Source of the DNA: Styela clava
Taxonomy: Eukaryota
Direction: 5' to 3'
Assembly (NCBI RefSeq): GCF_964204865.1
Contig: NC_135255.1
Location: 11,904,001-11,968,000 of the forward strand
DNA length: 64,000 bases
The position numbers and the translations under genes are program-made. Position 1 is the first letter of the stretch. Each line of letters starts with the position of its first letter. The notes beneath the pieces are model-generated. The model worked only from the letters and a program-made list of their open reading frames with translations, ran no database searches and was not told the DNA's origin. Below, one piece after another: positions 27,101 to 40,528 of the stretch.

Positions 27101-29351
27101 ACGAATTTTACACCAAAATTTGACAAATATTATCAGTGCAAATAGACATGAAAAAAAAATAGAAGTGTTAATTTATATCATTGTAATAAATTTGAATTGA
27201 CACGCAGTCAACAATGCGTCAACAATAAAAGGAATGCCCAATAAAAGGAATGTGTGGGAACAAACAGTTTTTAGGTCCATTCATCTAATTATGATGATTT
27301 TAAACAGCTTCTGATATAATTTCCACTAAACTTTTCTCGACGATGCTTTAATATTTAAAAAAAAAATGGATTGACAATAGGTAATATAGTTAGACCAGCA
27401 TTATCAAGGGGTCAAGCTTTTGAAGTCGGATTCGGTCTTTAGTTTCAATGGAGCAATATTTTTGAATCATATTTGCATAAATTTCGCTGAACGTACAAAA
27501 AAGAGCCCTCGAAGTGATAAATTTTGTTTGAATTTAAAGCGCTATTCCCAACTGTTCACTCCTACTTTGTGTTCGGTTGTTTATTATAATTGGGGATATT
27601 TCGGGCTCGCGAAAAAAAGGCTAGGTTTTTAATGCACAAATCTGAGTTAAGATCATAATAAAATACTGTTTTCGTAATACGTTGTAATCCATAATAACTG
27701 AGAGTAATAAACAGAATTGAAATTCAACAGTTTGCATAACCTGTAGTATTTTTAGTCTTCTATTTTAAAAGAGTAAAATGTATAGTTTAATCCTCAGAAT
27801 TCAGAGTTAGGTCAAAGCAAAAGACAAAATGGCTTCAGGATCTCCGACAGGATTCGCAACACTAAACAAAAAACATTCGACTACGGAAATCAACACAAGC
27901 AAAATTCGCAGAAAACAGGTATCGGATCATTTTTTTAAATAAGGAAAAGAAATCGCGGTTTCGCAGTCATGGGAGAATAGGAAGTACTATTATCCCGCGA
28001 CAATATCGATTTTAGGTAAGATTTAGTGGTAAACCATAAATCTGACGGTTTCAACAGGAAAGTATGCTATTAAAAAAAATCTAACATTACAATGTTTTCT
28101 CAGTGTTAAAAAAGTATCAAAAATAATAAAAACACGCCAATATATCATCTAGCTGGTCCATAAAGCATGGTACCACTGTGATTCGTAAATAACCCAAGTA
28201 ATTAATATCCGTGATTCAAAACCATTCCAACCAAATTAAATCGGAGAACTGCTTGCTGAAATTTGGAATAGTAAAAATGTTATGACATTTAGTGGGCACG
28301 AGAGTTGAAAGTTGACAGGAGAGGTATTCTAACGCCATATATATCAAACAAAGCTTCTCATTGTTCGCTGGGCCTATAAAATTTGAAACCCGCCATTGAA
28401 CGGCAAAAGAATGTGGTTAGACTAAAAGAACGCTAGACTAAATATTCCAAAGCCTGGTAAATAACTTGAAACGCCCGAGCATGGCCATACTTTTAAATAA
28501 AATATTGTCCACGTGCATGGGACGAATTTATGTGAACCGTATTGCAAAGGACGGTACCTGAATTGGACGCGATTTGCGATTGCAATTTCAGTGGCCGCGC
28601 ATTGACTCCAGGAAATCTTTTATGCCGCCTATTGTGAGATTTACGACACTTGATAATTTTGAAAAATTGCTCGCTGAGAAAAATTTGAAAAACGAAACGC
28701 AACACAATTACATTGGGTTTTTTCATGCAATCAACCAATATAGGCCTGCCTATGACACTGTCGCTAAAACTGGCTGAGATGTCAGCCATTTTTAAAGAAT
28801 TTGTTTTATTATTATGTAGAAGTTAACATGAATGAACGGTATATTTCACAACAATACTACCTTGACTAGTTATTCCCTCATCGATGACCTATAATATAGA
28901 GAATGAGGCCGAAATGAACAGCAGTTGAAAATACCTATATATATATATTGATCTAAGTATATACTCACTCCGAAGCAAACACGAACGTGAGTTCACAAAC
29001 AAGCAGAATAAAACAGTCAATTCGTCCCAAAGGGTATTACTTTTATCTTTTTAATTCGGATGCTAAAAAGCTCTACTCAATGTTATAAACGATAGAGTAT
29101 GATAGGGTGAGTCCATGACCAGACTATATTATTAAATATTACTCAGCCCGAACACGAACCATAAAGAAAACATATGGGTATTGTTATGAACGGACGAATA
29201 AAAAATAACTGTACAGAGAAGGATTTATACATTGAGTTAAAATAAACTTAGCCGCCGTCCTAAAACTTACCACAATCGAGAGAAAATACTGGATATGGAG
29301 GAAAGATTAAAATAGACGTAATCACCGCTAACCGAATTACAGAATTAATGA

Positions 29352-29428
29352 CAGGGTGTTCCAAAATGAGTGAAACTCATAAAATTGGATATCGAATTAA
29401 TGATTTTCATTTATTATGGGACACCCTG
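29352..29428. mobile_element. ~77-bp Tc1/mariner-type mini-MITE
   Basis: CAGGGTGTtCCA...TGGgACACCCTG inverted ends, followed by TA. Confidence 0.65.
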
Positions 29429-30120
29429 TATCTGAAATTCAAAGATGCAAATACCTGTTTTTGGCTCAGTCTCTTTATCAATATTACCCAGACCCAAAAC
29501 AGGCTACAATCAAGATGGTCGGCAATACTGAAACCGCAAGCTTGCATGTACTGAACAGCACGCGTCAAACAAATTCAACTCGTACGATTTAACAACTCAA
29601 ACGCTCTAAACATATTTACATAGTCTTATTATACTTCAACCTGCACACGCCTTGAAATAAAATAAAATAACGACTGATGACCATCACTACAACGGCGTTG
29701 ATTCGGGGCAAATCGGTCGACGACCACGTTGCGTAGCTGCTGGCAATGAACGGCAGACGACACCGAATTTATAGCTCCAGACTGGAGTGTGTAAAAGGCA
29801 CGCAGAGTACACACGCCCAACGAGAGACGCTCTCGCCTGGAAACTGTAATTTTGTTTCATTGCGCAAAAACACGTTGAAGTCACTTGAAGCCGTATTTCA
29901 AACCACGTAGATTAAAAATAGACTAAGTCTTGTAATTAAATCAGTTTGTGTTGGCACAACAACTTAAGCATAGATTTAATACAAATGATAACGATGGAAT
30001 AAAACTGCTCAACAATAAAACTCTTACGTTTATTCATTAAAATACATTCTTACATTCAAATACAGACATTAAAATTCACTCTTACATTTCTTCATTAAAC
30101 TGATGTGCATAAATTTACAA

Positions 30121-30340
30121 CGGTGACCGTACATTTGAACCCATGTACATTTGAACCCATGCGTATATCCACGGGTTCAATCTATATGCGGGTGCTAAAA
30201 CGCATGGGTTAGGGTTAGTATGGGTTTAACTATCCATGAAACAAAAAAAATTCCATAGGTGCAATAGCATACAGGTGCAATTGTCATGGGTTCAAATGTA
30301 CGTGGGTTCAAATGTACGTGGGTTCAAATGTAATGGAACC
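30121..30340 (+). mobile_element. Zisupton-like non-autonomous element, copy 1
   Basis: Perfect 8-bp TSD ATTTACAA; CGGTGAC...GGAACC ends; inverted arrays of GTACATTTGAACCCA; central GGGTTAGGGTTAG. Confidence 0.8.
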
Positions 30341-30472
30341 ATTTACAACGTCTTTTTGTGACCCAAATGAAACATTAATTTTTATGAATGCCACGTCATA
30401 TAAACAAATTTGAGCATTTATCTCATTCGCACACAGACACATAGCATATATCCTCGCAACATAACACATATG

Positions 30473-30612
30473 GATAGGATTTACATATTTATCCCGGGGG
30501 AGAGGAAAGCCGATAACACAGCTTGAACATATGGCGAACCACGGACTCTCGTCTGGTTGCCAATTAATGTCGAGTATGGGATTAGTTAGCCAGTTATTTG
30601 TTTTCGGAAGCA
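30473..30612 (-). mobile_element. tRNA-derived SINE, 3' half
   Basis: Reverse complement matches the 3' half of 55106-55433. Confidence 0.8.
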
Positions 30613-32416
30613 AATATCGATGCTAATATACCTTTGCACTACGCAAGTTCATGTAGGAATGTTTACTAGCCTAGAATAAATTTTCAACATGGCCATGTTT
30701 AACGAGATATAATTCAGGTATACTACAAGAATAAACAGCCCAAGACGAGAATAAACGCACTTATTTAAGTCTTAGACAATCTTCGTGCCCTTCCAGGTAT
30801 TTTGTCTTGGAGAACTCTATAAACCGCTCCGGTAAGCCATATAAGTAACAATGTATGACTAGGAGGCATAAAATCGAAAAAAGTCCACAACAGCTCGACC
30901 GCGATTTGATTAAATATTTAAGAAATTCACCCACAAAGCGACCAAAACTAGAATCATTTTCAACGAAAAGCAAATTTAGAGATCTATCTGTCCACAAAAT
31001 TACACGTTTCAATGGCAATTATTTTTAAGCTTAAACTTTTGTCCGCAAAAAATAAGAGTAAAATTCTAATACTTGAGAGCTCTAATTGTAACTGACAAAT
31101 AATTTTGTAAATTTAGATACTTTTCAAGGTAAGCAGACGCAAAAAATTTGATGAGTTGCTATGACACAGCAGTATTTTTTTGTGGGGAATTACGAGCAAT
31201 AGGGCGTCGTAGCTCATGGTGAATGCGGGCTGGCATTATTTTTTTATGACGACCTATTTTCCTCGATCAATCACGTTTACTATGCTTCCACTTCATATTC
31301 ATATAATCGAACCAAAGTAATATAGTTTTACATCTATGCGTATACCTCAAATCCTATTCGCCTTCAAAGCTCCAACGCACTACCTCAAAAGAGCTGAAAT
31401 ACAGGTTTTAGCTAAAAGAAAAAGCGAAAATTCTTTGCCTGACCCCACCAACTGACATGCAAAAATACAGCAAAATGCAAGAGTACAGCATATTGAATCT
31501 GATTATTAACAAAACTGAATAGACTTAGAGTTAAGGTCCGAAGATTTTAATAAACTATTATATGCCGAAAATGACCCAAACTGAACTTGATTTGATTTAG
31601 TCGTGATTGACTTTGCTCTGAAGATGGAATTTCGACAACTGTAATCAGCAACATAAATTGATCGTGGTTAATTTATTTGAAACTTAAATTAGCCAGTGAT
31701 TCATAATTCTCTTCAAACAACCACTTAAACTTTCCAGTGACAAACTGTATTTTAGAGTCGTGTTTTGACAATTTCAATGAACTATAAATAGTTATTGCTT
31801 TTTATTTATGAGTCATAACCCGGCTATGCTCAACAAGTGATTTTAACCCCAAATTGAAAACGAGTTTTTTTTATGTATTTATGATTTAGAAAGGCGATAA
31901 AGAAAAATGTGGACACGTACATTTCCCGATTTATACTTATATTGTTGATGTAGGAATTGGAAATGGCCCGATAAGCGTTTTTGCTTACGTATGCCAGTCA
32001 TTTGTGGATTAGCCTAATTCGTCACTTTGCTAGCCTTGAGCAACATGGAAAACACCATCAAAATTAGTTCATCCGTCGCGTACTCTATATTTGGCTTGTG
32101 ATATGGAGATCAAATAAGAGATAGTCTATAGTAACCCCAATAAACAATATACAAAAGATTGATGCAACGTGTTGATAAACACGTAAAGAGCTAGAAAATG
32201 AAAACATTTTAGTTCTTTTTGCAGTATTGCAATTTTCTGGCTTATAAATGTTGATGAACGTTGTGATTGCGATTTATAATATTCCTGCGTAATACCAAAT
32301 GAGGGTTTAGTTTAAATTTCTCACATTTATGCGAGGATCTGTGACTTTGTTGATAAGCTGTGATGTCATCAATGATATTGGGGGTGAGTGCCATTTGGGG
32401 CCAACCTGTGGCTGAT

Positions 32417-32606
32417 GGTTCCCGTTCATTTGAGCCCACGACAATTGCACCTGCATACTATTGCACCTATGGAATTTGTTTTTTGTTTTACGGATATTTG
32501 AACCCATACTAACCCTAACCCATAGGTTTTAGCACCCGCATATAGATTGAACCCGCAGATATACACATGGGTTCAAATGTACGTGGGTTCAAATGTACCG
32601 TCACCG
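32417..32606 (-). mobile_element. Zisupton-like non-autonomous element, copy 2
   Basis: Reverse complement of copy 1; own perfect 8-bp TSD TGGCTGAT. Confidence 0.8.
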
Positions 32607-32637
32607 TGGCTGATAGTTTGTACTGTTCTATCTAGTC

Positions 32638-33150
32638 CAACGGTGCACAACCTGCGCCGTACGGCCTCATGCGGTCGTCGTGAAAAAATAATGCGGCCGT
32701 CCACATACAAAATCCCATGAACAAAAAAAAAATCAAAATATAGGATTTGGCGGCTATGCTGTGCAAACTTTTATAGAATAAATTCATTAAAATATTTGAA
32801 ATTTTATTATACTTTTGGGGACAAGAAAATGGGGGCAACCGAACGACTTTCGATTTATTTCAAAATTGTGCAACCATTATGCAACTTGCTGCAATATATC
32901 TGCTCAAGAATAGGTCCCCCGAAAAGGAAAATCCGTTTAAAATGCGAATATTATACTTCCAAGTAATCCCACATACTTCATAATTGGGCAGACTGCACCT
33001 CGCATGGGTCAAATACGCGGTTATGACGTCATAAAATAAAAATAGAAAATTTTGGCGCGCCTTCAGCGCGCTTATCAATCCCCTGTAGGCCGTATTGAAT
33101 ACAAATATATGCAATGTGGCTGCCAATAGCAAAAAGGTTGTGCACCCCTG
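32638..33150. mobile_element. Old hAT (Charlie/Buster-type) MITE
   Basis: caacggtgcacaacc / ggttgtgcacccctg ends; near-TSD atctagtc/ttctagtc (offset by 2 nt). Confidence 0.5.
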
Positions 33151-33640
33151 AATTCTAGTCTAACTCTAATTTCTTGGAGCAATAACAAATACGCAGGAGA
33201 GCGTTGGAGGATGTATAATAAAAACTGGAATTTTAATGAAAGTTCAAATGGCGGGTGGAAGAAACTCGTTGATATTGTTTAGATGAATTTTAACGCGTGG
33301 AAAAGTAGATTACGTAATACGAGCTTTTGTCTGGGATAAAAAACGAAGGTCGTGGAGAATTTATTAAATCGACCATCACTGCGGATTATCTACATGTCCG
33401 CGGCTCGATAGAAACCAACGGGCGTCTAGACGAAAATAGTCAAGGTCAGACAAGGTCAATTAACGTACTCGAATTAAACTTGGGGCGTTTCCCAGTTAAG
33501 GACATATTTGCGTTAAATTCACGGGACTTCATGACAAATAAAAAAGAATTAGGCTTCTAACAATTTTTGCAGAAGGTAACTTTAACTCAATGATTAGCCC
33601 ATAGCCCCCAATATATAGCCTTTCTAATAGGAGTAAGATG

Positions 33641-33800
33641 CAGGGGTGTAGCCAAGGACTTTCAAAGGGGGTGTGGGGGGGGGGGGGGGGTAGAAGGGGC
33701 TGAATTTCCGAATTGCCAAGTTGACCGTACGAAAGCTACGAAAATTGATATGCAAGATAAAGAATTTTTTTTTTGCAAACCTACCAGGTTTACGCCCCTG
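33641..33800 (+). mobile_element. hAT-type (Tip100-like) MITE with poly-G tract
   Basis: CAGGGGTGTAGCC / GGTTTACGCCCCTG ends; TSD gtaagatg/gtaggaag (6/8). Related fragments at ~34275-34301, 40730-40827, 42263-42325 and 49532-49626. Confidence 0.55.
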
Positions 33801-36800
33801 GTAGGAAGCCATACAAATGACGATAACTCTCGACTTTCGATTCACACAGACGTGTAGAGTAATAGAAATTGCATCACTACGACATGACGTTTGTATCGAA
33901 TATTACGGATCACTACACTGCTATCAATCGTAATAGTATTGCAGTAAAAAAAAACAGAAACCTTTTTAAGTAGGAATAGTGGATTCAACTCGTGAGATAA
34001 TTTACAGCGGTCTCCGTGTGGCAATTCAAACTTATGGGTTAAGTATAAAGTATTGGTAATAAATACTAATATTGGAGTGTGGTGGAATTTTCAATGACGT
34101 TGACTATTTTTCAAAACACATCATGCAAAACTAAAAATCAAATTATCGTCGTTAGTTATCGTCGTCATACGATTGTGGGACCATCTACCTACACTCCTAA
34201 GGCAGATCGGCAGAAATATAAAAATTGCACTTGCACAGTGGAAAAAAACATTTATTATACATAGCCCTCCCAGCCTTTGGAAATTCATGGCTACACCCCT
34301 GCATCCTGCGGTGGCCGTTGTAATTGCTGCATTTCTGTCGTGTAATATAGACAATTTGTGATTTGCGTTAACTGTATTAAACTGTAACAAGGATCAAATA
34401 TTTGTAATGCATCCACTATCAGAACTCACGTAGACCTTAACAGACTTCCGTTAGTCGAAGTGCAATACAATGAATTAGGAAAAAAAGTAAAATAGCGTTT
34501 ATTGTGTTCACGGAATCACACTTTCCGGGAATTTGATTAATTAGAGAAGTTTTGTGGAAAGATATGAAGTCTAATGATTTCGTTTTCGAGGAATCCCTCG
34601 CGTGCCAAATAAATGAGCTCGCGTGCCAAACAAGGATGAGTGAATGCTTCCAGTGATAGAGCCAATAATAATCTAATAATTTCGCATCAGAATTGTGAAT
34701 TTGGCGTACAACGTGATTGACGAATACACAAGTTAGGCAAAGGTGGTGAATTGGAATGATTTGGTGAAATGATATTTCATACAGAGTTTGGAATCGGTTC
34801 CTAACAAAACGAACACGACACGAATAACCTGATCTGATCCCCTACAAAAAGTAGAAAGACAGTTCGTGGCAGATCATGTGGAAAACTCATCTTATACCAG
34901 AGTGAACTGGAAATAAATTTGAAAAAATGTTTTCTATATGTTGTTGGTAATCATTTTATTTTCCCGCTTTTGTGAAATCTTCCCCGCTTTCGCCATGGCA
35001 CTCATAGAAGTCTAGACATCTCAGTTTACGTGACCCGTCTCTATTGAAATCAATTGTAATTGTCGCACGCCACCGTATTGTCGGAAAAGATTTGCTAAAT
35101 ATTGAGATTCCAATACGATCCATTGTTTATCAAGCTACGATCAATATATACATGGTTCATGTTCGAAAATGAACGATTCGGCCACCCTGACTGTTCCTGT
35201 CTCCTTGAATTGAATTGACGCGATGGTATTCAATAATAAAGCGGAAATTATCCTTATCATTACATTTTGCAATTCTGATTGAGTAATCAAAATTAGGAGT
35301 CCAATTCATGTGAGAATGGTAAATCTATGTTGGGGTGTACTATGCTCAGGTTTGACTCGATCAACAGAGACGACATTTTATTCATAAAAAATGCAATAGG
35401 TTAGGCAAGACGATTTACCAATATTAATTGGTGGTTGAACAACAGAGAAATTAGTGATAAGTTCCGCCATGTCGTCATCCTTTCGAATAATCACAGATAC
35501 GTCATACATAGGCAGATAGGTGACATACCCACTTCCAAATTTTTTCCAGGAATATTTGCTCTAAACAAGGTCACCCGCACTCTCTCAAAGCACGTAAAAG
35601 AGACCAATCTCCGGATGAACTCCAGCCATTCGAGTGAAAACTATATAAATTATGACGGTACATCACGCGTTTGACGCGGCAGTTAAAACAGTTCACGTAA
35701 ACACGACCTTGAAAACAAATACGAGGTAATGAATGCTATTGAAGTTTTATAAAATACGAGTGTTTTTAGCCTGTTTTACAGTTGTGGATATAGAATTTTG
35801 CGCAATAAAAATCAAGTTTTCGACTCGTTTATATTAAATATTGCGTCTGCCAACATTCCCAATAAAGGTATCCACACAGTTTCAATGGTCCATCATCACA
35901 TCACGCACACATTAGAAGCCCGATCCTCCTTGCTTTGTCTGCGGTATATATTTGACTTTTGCCTGTTGTTGAAAATTCCAACTTTCCCATACGTGAATTT
36001 TCAACTTAACAATGTTTTGACGATCTCGTCTCACCGCATCCGCACTTGAGTGGTGGTTTTCGAGCTCAACTAGACGTATAATTTGCTACTATTTGCCAGA
36101 TGTTCAAAGATCTACTAATTTCTTTCCTCTCATATGGTTTCATTGATGTTGCGACCAAGTTACGCCCACCTTTGGCCATGAATGAATGTTTATCCATCAA
36201 AATAATTAGTAAAATTGATCCCTTCACTCGATGACAGTAATAATACCTTATTAGCATACCTATCCAAGCACGAGTATAAAACATAGATATACTAGTAGGA
36301 GTTGTAAGTAGGGTAATTTCGAGTTTGAAATCGGCAAAACCAACATCTCATTTGAAACATAATTTTAGATTATTGTCTGCGTAGAATATATCACGCGGGC
36401 AGTCAAAGCTGATAAAGTCTGTATTAATGACCGAGTGATCGTAGGGACATATCAAAATATTTTGGGATAAAGTACCGTAGTTCAGTTTCAATGTCGAAAG
36501 AATATGCAAGAAAAACTCACTGGGAGACGACATACACACAACTCACATAACATATAGCATGTGTTAATAACACATAACGCAACTGTTTCAGCAAGAGTTC
36601 TAACCGCCGAACCCAACAGGCGACAATATCAAGCATAAAACGCCGGAAGATTAAGCTACTTTGGTTTACTTTCATTCCCAACTCCTTACCGGAATAAATA
36701 AGAAACATCAATGAAACTGAAACTATATCACACCATAGAATAACTGTTTCAATTTTTTTAGTATACATCAAAACTACTCCATAATATATGAATATATATA

Positions 36801-37615
36801 CCCCAATTTCATGACATTTCAAACAAAAATTCTTTGCCAGCGCTTGTGCTTGTTAGCATTAACTAGTATTAGGGGGATATTCAAATACGGACAAAAGCAT
36901 CTTGCGCGAAAGAGCTAGACAAAACCGTCAATCGGAAAAGCGTGGAGTCCTTATTTTTCAATGTCAACAACATAGAGGAACTAACACAATATTTGGTACC
37001 AAATATAAATAATAGTAAATAATAATCTACAGCGCTTCGCAAAAAATGATCTTTCTAGAATATATTCCAAATTACTTGGTTTCTGTTTTGGGGTCATCAT
37101 GTACATGCCGGAAACTAAAGCTGGATTCAATTCCGTTGGATTTAACGGCATTCATAAAAGTATTACATCCTAGTTTCGTCTGAGGTTGGCCAGGGTGTTT
37201 TAGGAGTGATAATCACTCGCAAAGAGGACAAAAGTCGTGATTTTTTCCTAATATAGACGAAATTAAACCTTAAAAATAGTTTCAATAAGGTTTTCACTTG
37301 AGAATCTAATAAAAAGAAGTACTAAAGAATACCATTACCTACAAGAGTACTAAATTATGCATGTACGAAAATGAGGCTAGACGATTGAGGCAATGATAAA
37401 ACCGCTTGATTTTCACGGTACCGACGAAAAGGCGGCGGTACAAGGACGAAACAAAATTGAATGAAATACGATAATTAACTTCAACATCACTTGCCAGGTT
37501 GAATAGAGAAAATAAGATGACATGTGATGTTCATTACATCAGGTATGTTGTAATAGTTTTAAAACGACAATCTTTGAAGATTTGAAATTAGTTTACAGAA
37601 ACGTAGATTCGAATT

Positions 37616-37770
37616 AACAATGGACCTTTCCCCGAGCATCAACTTCCTTGTTTACTTCGTAACATTGGCCAATCAGCAAGATGCAAAAAGTGACGTAACA
37701 ATCCTCCCTTTTCGCATCCGCTTAGACACTTTTCTCACTCAGACAGATTTTCAAGCGTGGTTGTAAACAT
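37616..37770. promoter_or_regulatory. Dense cluster of transcription-factor motifs (candidate promoter or enhancer)
   Basis: AACAAT (Sox), ACTTCCT (Ets), TGTTTAC and GTAAACA (Fox), palindromic ATTGGCCAAT (CCAAT), TGACGTAA (CRE/ATF-like) within ~150 bp. Confidence 0.35.
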
Positions 37771-40362
37771 TACCTTGTTTTCGTGCTTTTGAAGTTTATT
37801 CGTTAGTTTTCAGTTTCATATAAATCAGATAATTCAATGATTACTCTGTCTTCCTAGGAGTTTTAATTTAATTGCACTAATAAAAAATTAGTGTAGAATA
37901 GCTGTGATAGACTAGGCTAAAATTCTTTACCGGTACTTTTAAAAAACAGATTGTTGTCAGCGATGAATTATAATGATGGTTTGAAACATATACCCCATTT
38001 TACAAGCGCCAACTCGCAAAAGCTCTCTAAAAATAGCCCCGGAAATTTTGCAATGGTAAAGTATAGGAAGAATTTTACGGGGGTCAAAGGTCGGGGAAAG
38101 GTCCATAGAGAAAAATTATCGAGGAAATTATACATCAAAAATGTTGTGCGAGCGATCACCATAGTGGTGAGTGTTTAGAGCGTTCACTCAATTCCTTTAG
38201 CAGGTTGTGTATTTTGTACCCAAAGCTTTTGTATAGTCAAATGGACAACACTCGCTCCAACTCATACACAGCATAACAAAGAGGATAGGCAACATGGGAA
38301 GTAATTTAACCATTTTGCGCCTCCATCTCTATTATGAAGATTACTGATACATATGGCTCTACTCCCTAAATTGATGCGAAACAATCCATAAATTGGATTC
38401 CACACTCTGTGCAATTTATCACATTCACGTGCATTTACCCCAAAGTCGAGTAGCAGTCATACACTGAAATTATTACTGAATTATCCATTTGAAATTAACG
38501 TTTTGCATCCATCAAACAACTGAGAAGGAGACTACTGATGAAATCGAGCAAATCGACTTTAAAATTCACATAAGCACGAAATGTAAAAACTTTGTGTAAT
38601 AATAAATATCCCAATCGTTTCGCGTTGGTGGGACGTTACCATAGTGTGGCGAATACAATCCCTGTCAGACGTTACGTCATGAGAAAAAATCGTTGTCCCG
38701 TTATCCATACACTGAGTACGAACTACGCATTATGCAACGACGTCGTTACAGCGCACGTTACAATGTAATTCAACAATGCGGACTCCTTGTAAAATTTGCA
38801 CCTGAGTGAAATATGTGTCGCAATCGCAAATCGCGCCATGTTGAAATATTTGTCTGTTTTATAGATATGAGGAAAATACACATACACACAAATTTAAAAT
38901 GATATCAAAACACTGTTGGAATCAATTAAATGGATTTGGGTTAATTGTGAAGAAGCAGTAACCTTACTTTCATATTTTGTATTGCATGACTATCAGTTTG
39001 TTTAGTGCAAAAGTATAGCGTTTTGTTAACTTGTGAAAAAAAATTCTGGGTCTACATGTCGAAAAATTTAAACGCTCCTACTAAATAAATCGGTTATCAT
39101 ATTGTCAAACAATCGTACCGTGAACCCGTTTGGGTTATTGAAACTTCAATTAACTTGGTATTTGTCTCAATTTTACAAACATATTGCGCATTTTTGCAAA
39201 GAAATGAAATTCTTTTGATATAGCAACCAAAATGAATGATTTATAAGCAATTTTCTCAATAATTTCACCAGAGATCAACACCATCTCCAAATAAAAATCT
39301 AGTATTCGTTGCCATTGTGAGATAGAATTTCGTTTTTAAATACAATAGAAGACGAAGATAAAGTTTTGTATGAATATTGCAGACGCAGGTCCCAGACTCC
39401 CAGCAATACATCATTTATGTCAAAGTGAGTAAAACTAGAAATACACATCATCTAATAATAGACAGAATTAATAAAGAAAACCAAATGAAGACACATCTAT
39501 TTGATTCCTCAGAGATAAGGCGTATAGTTTGCTTGATGCAACCAACCGCAGACAGACATCGATCGTCGCGGTTTTCTCTCTGATTGAAATAAATAGCACT
39601 CTAGCAAGCATGGGCTGTAGTCAAACTAACCAGTTTCTGGTCGACTTATCTATGGCATGTGTATGGTCAGTCATATAGGAAATTTTTCACCAAAGGCAGA
39701 AAATTAACGTAGCAAATAAGGATAAGCTAACAAGACCAATATTATGGCTATTAGTTTTTTCAATTAGTGCCGCAATCGGCCTAATTACTGAATTAAAGTG
39801 AAGTACACCACGAGGTCGAAAAGTTCCAGGAAAAGACTTGAACGAAATAATTAACAGAAAGAGAAACGTAAAGGCAAAACTTTGTCATCTAATCATTCTA
39901 ATGCCTAGTTTCGAAATCTGGAACTCGACATACATCAGGAAAATTAGTAATTATACCGAGGCCGTGGCACAAATCCAAAGACAACATCGTAAACGGACGC
40001 GTACCACCAGCACCCAAACGTCAAACCAGACGACACGTGGTCTCTGGCAAATAAAAATTCCCGCCAATTTCTTCATTTTTAAAAACAAAACTACCTCGAA
40101 ACAAACTTGTAAACAATACCCTGAATATCAGATAACTCAAAAATCAACAAAACTCTGAACCACTGAACAGAAAAATGTCTGGAGTATCATGTGTTGGTAT
40201 TGTTTTTATAATAGGTATATAAAAGACAAGATTGCACCCATTTGACCCAACTAACTGAAAAAACAAGTCATTCTATTTTGTGAAGATATCAACAATAGAC
40301 CAGTTACACGGTCGTTTAAAAGTTACCGCCAATTTATGAATCCTAGGGTGTATATAAAATTT

Positions 40363-40528
40363 ACAGGGTACATAAAGGTCCCTATTAAATAAGGTGAAAA
40401 GGTGTATTGAATGTAGTGAAAAAAACTTGAATGTACACTGATCATAATGAAATAAACCTGGTTAAAATATATTGGCACTGACTTCATAACAAAGCTTTAA
40501 TTGTACCAAGACTTAATGAACACCCTTT
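40363..40528 (+). mobile_element. Tc1/mariner-type MITE
   Basis: (ta)cagggt-cataaag ... taatgaacaccct ends; same family as the 20.3 kb and 42.5 kb copies. Confidence 0.6.

Noticed and set aside
30287-30332. Short tandem repeats as a CRISPR-like array
   Set aside because: No spacers, no cas genes, eukaryotic context; they are transposon subterminal repeats
30121-32606. One composite 2.5-kb transposon bounded by long inverted repeats
   Set aside because: Each repeat has its own distinct 8-bp TSD, so these are two separate insertions
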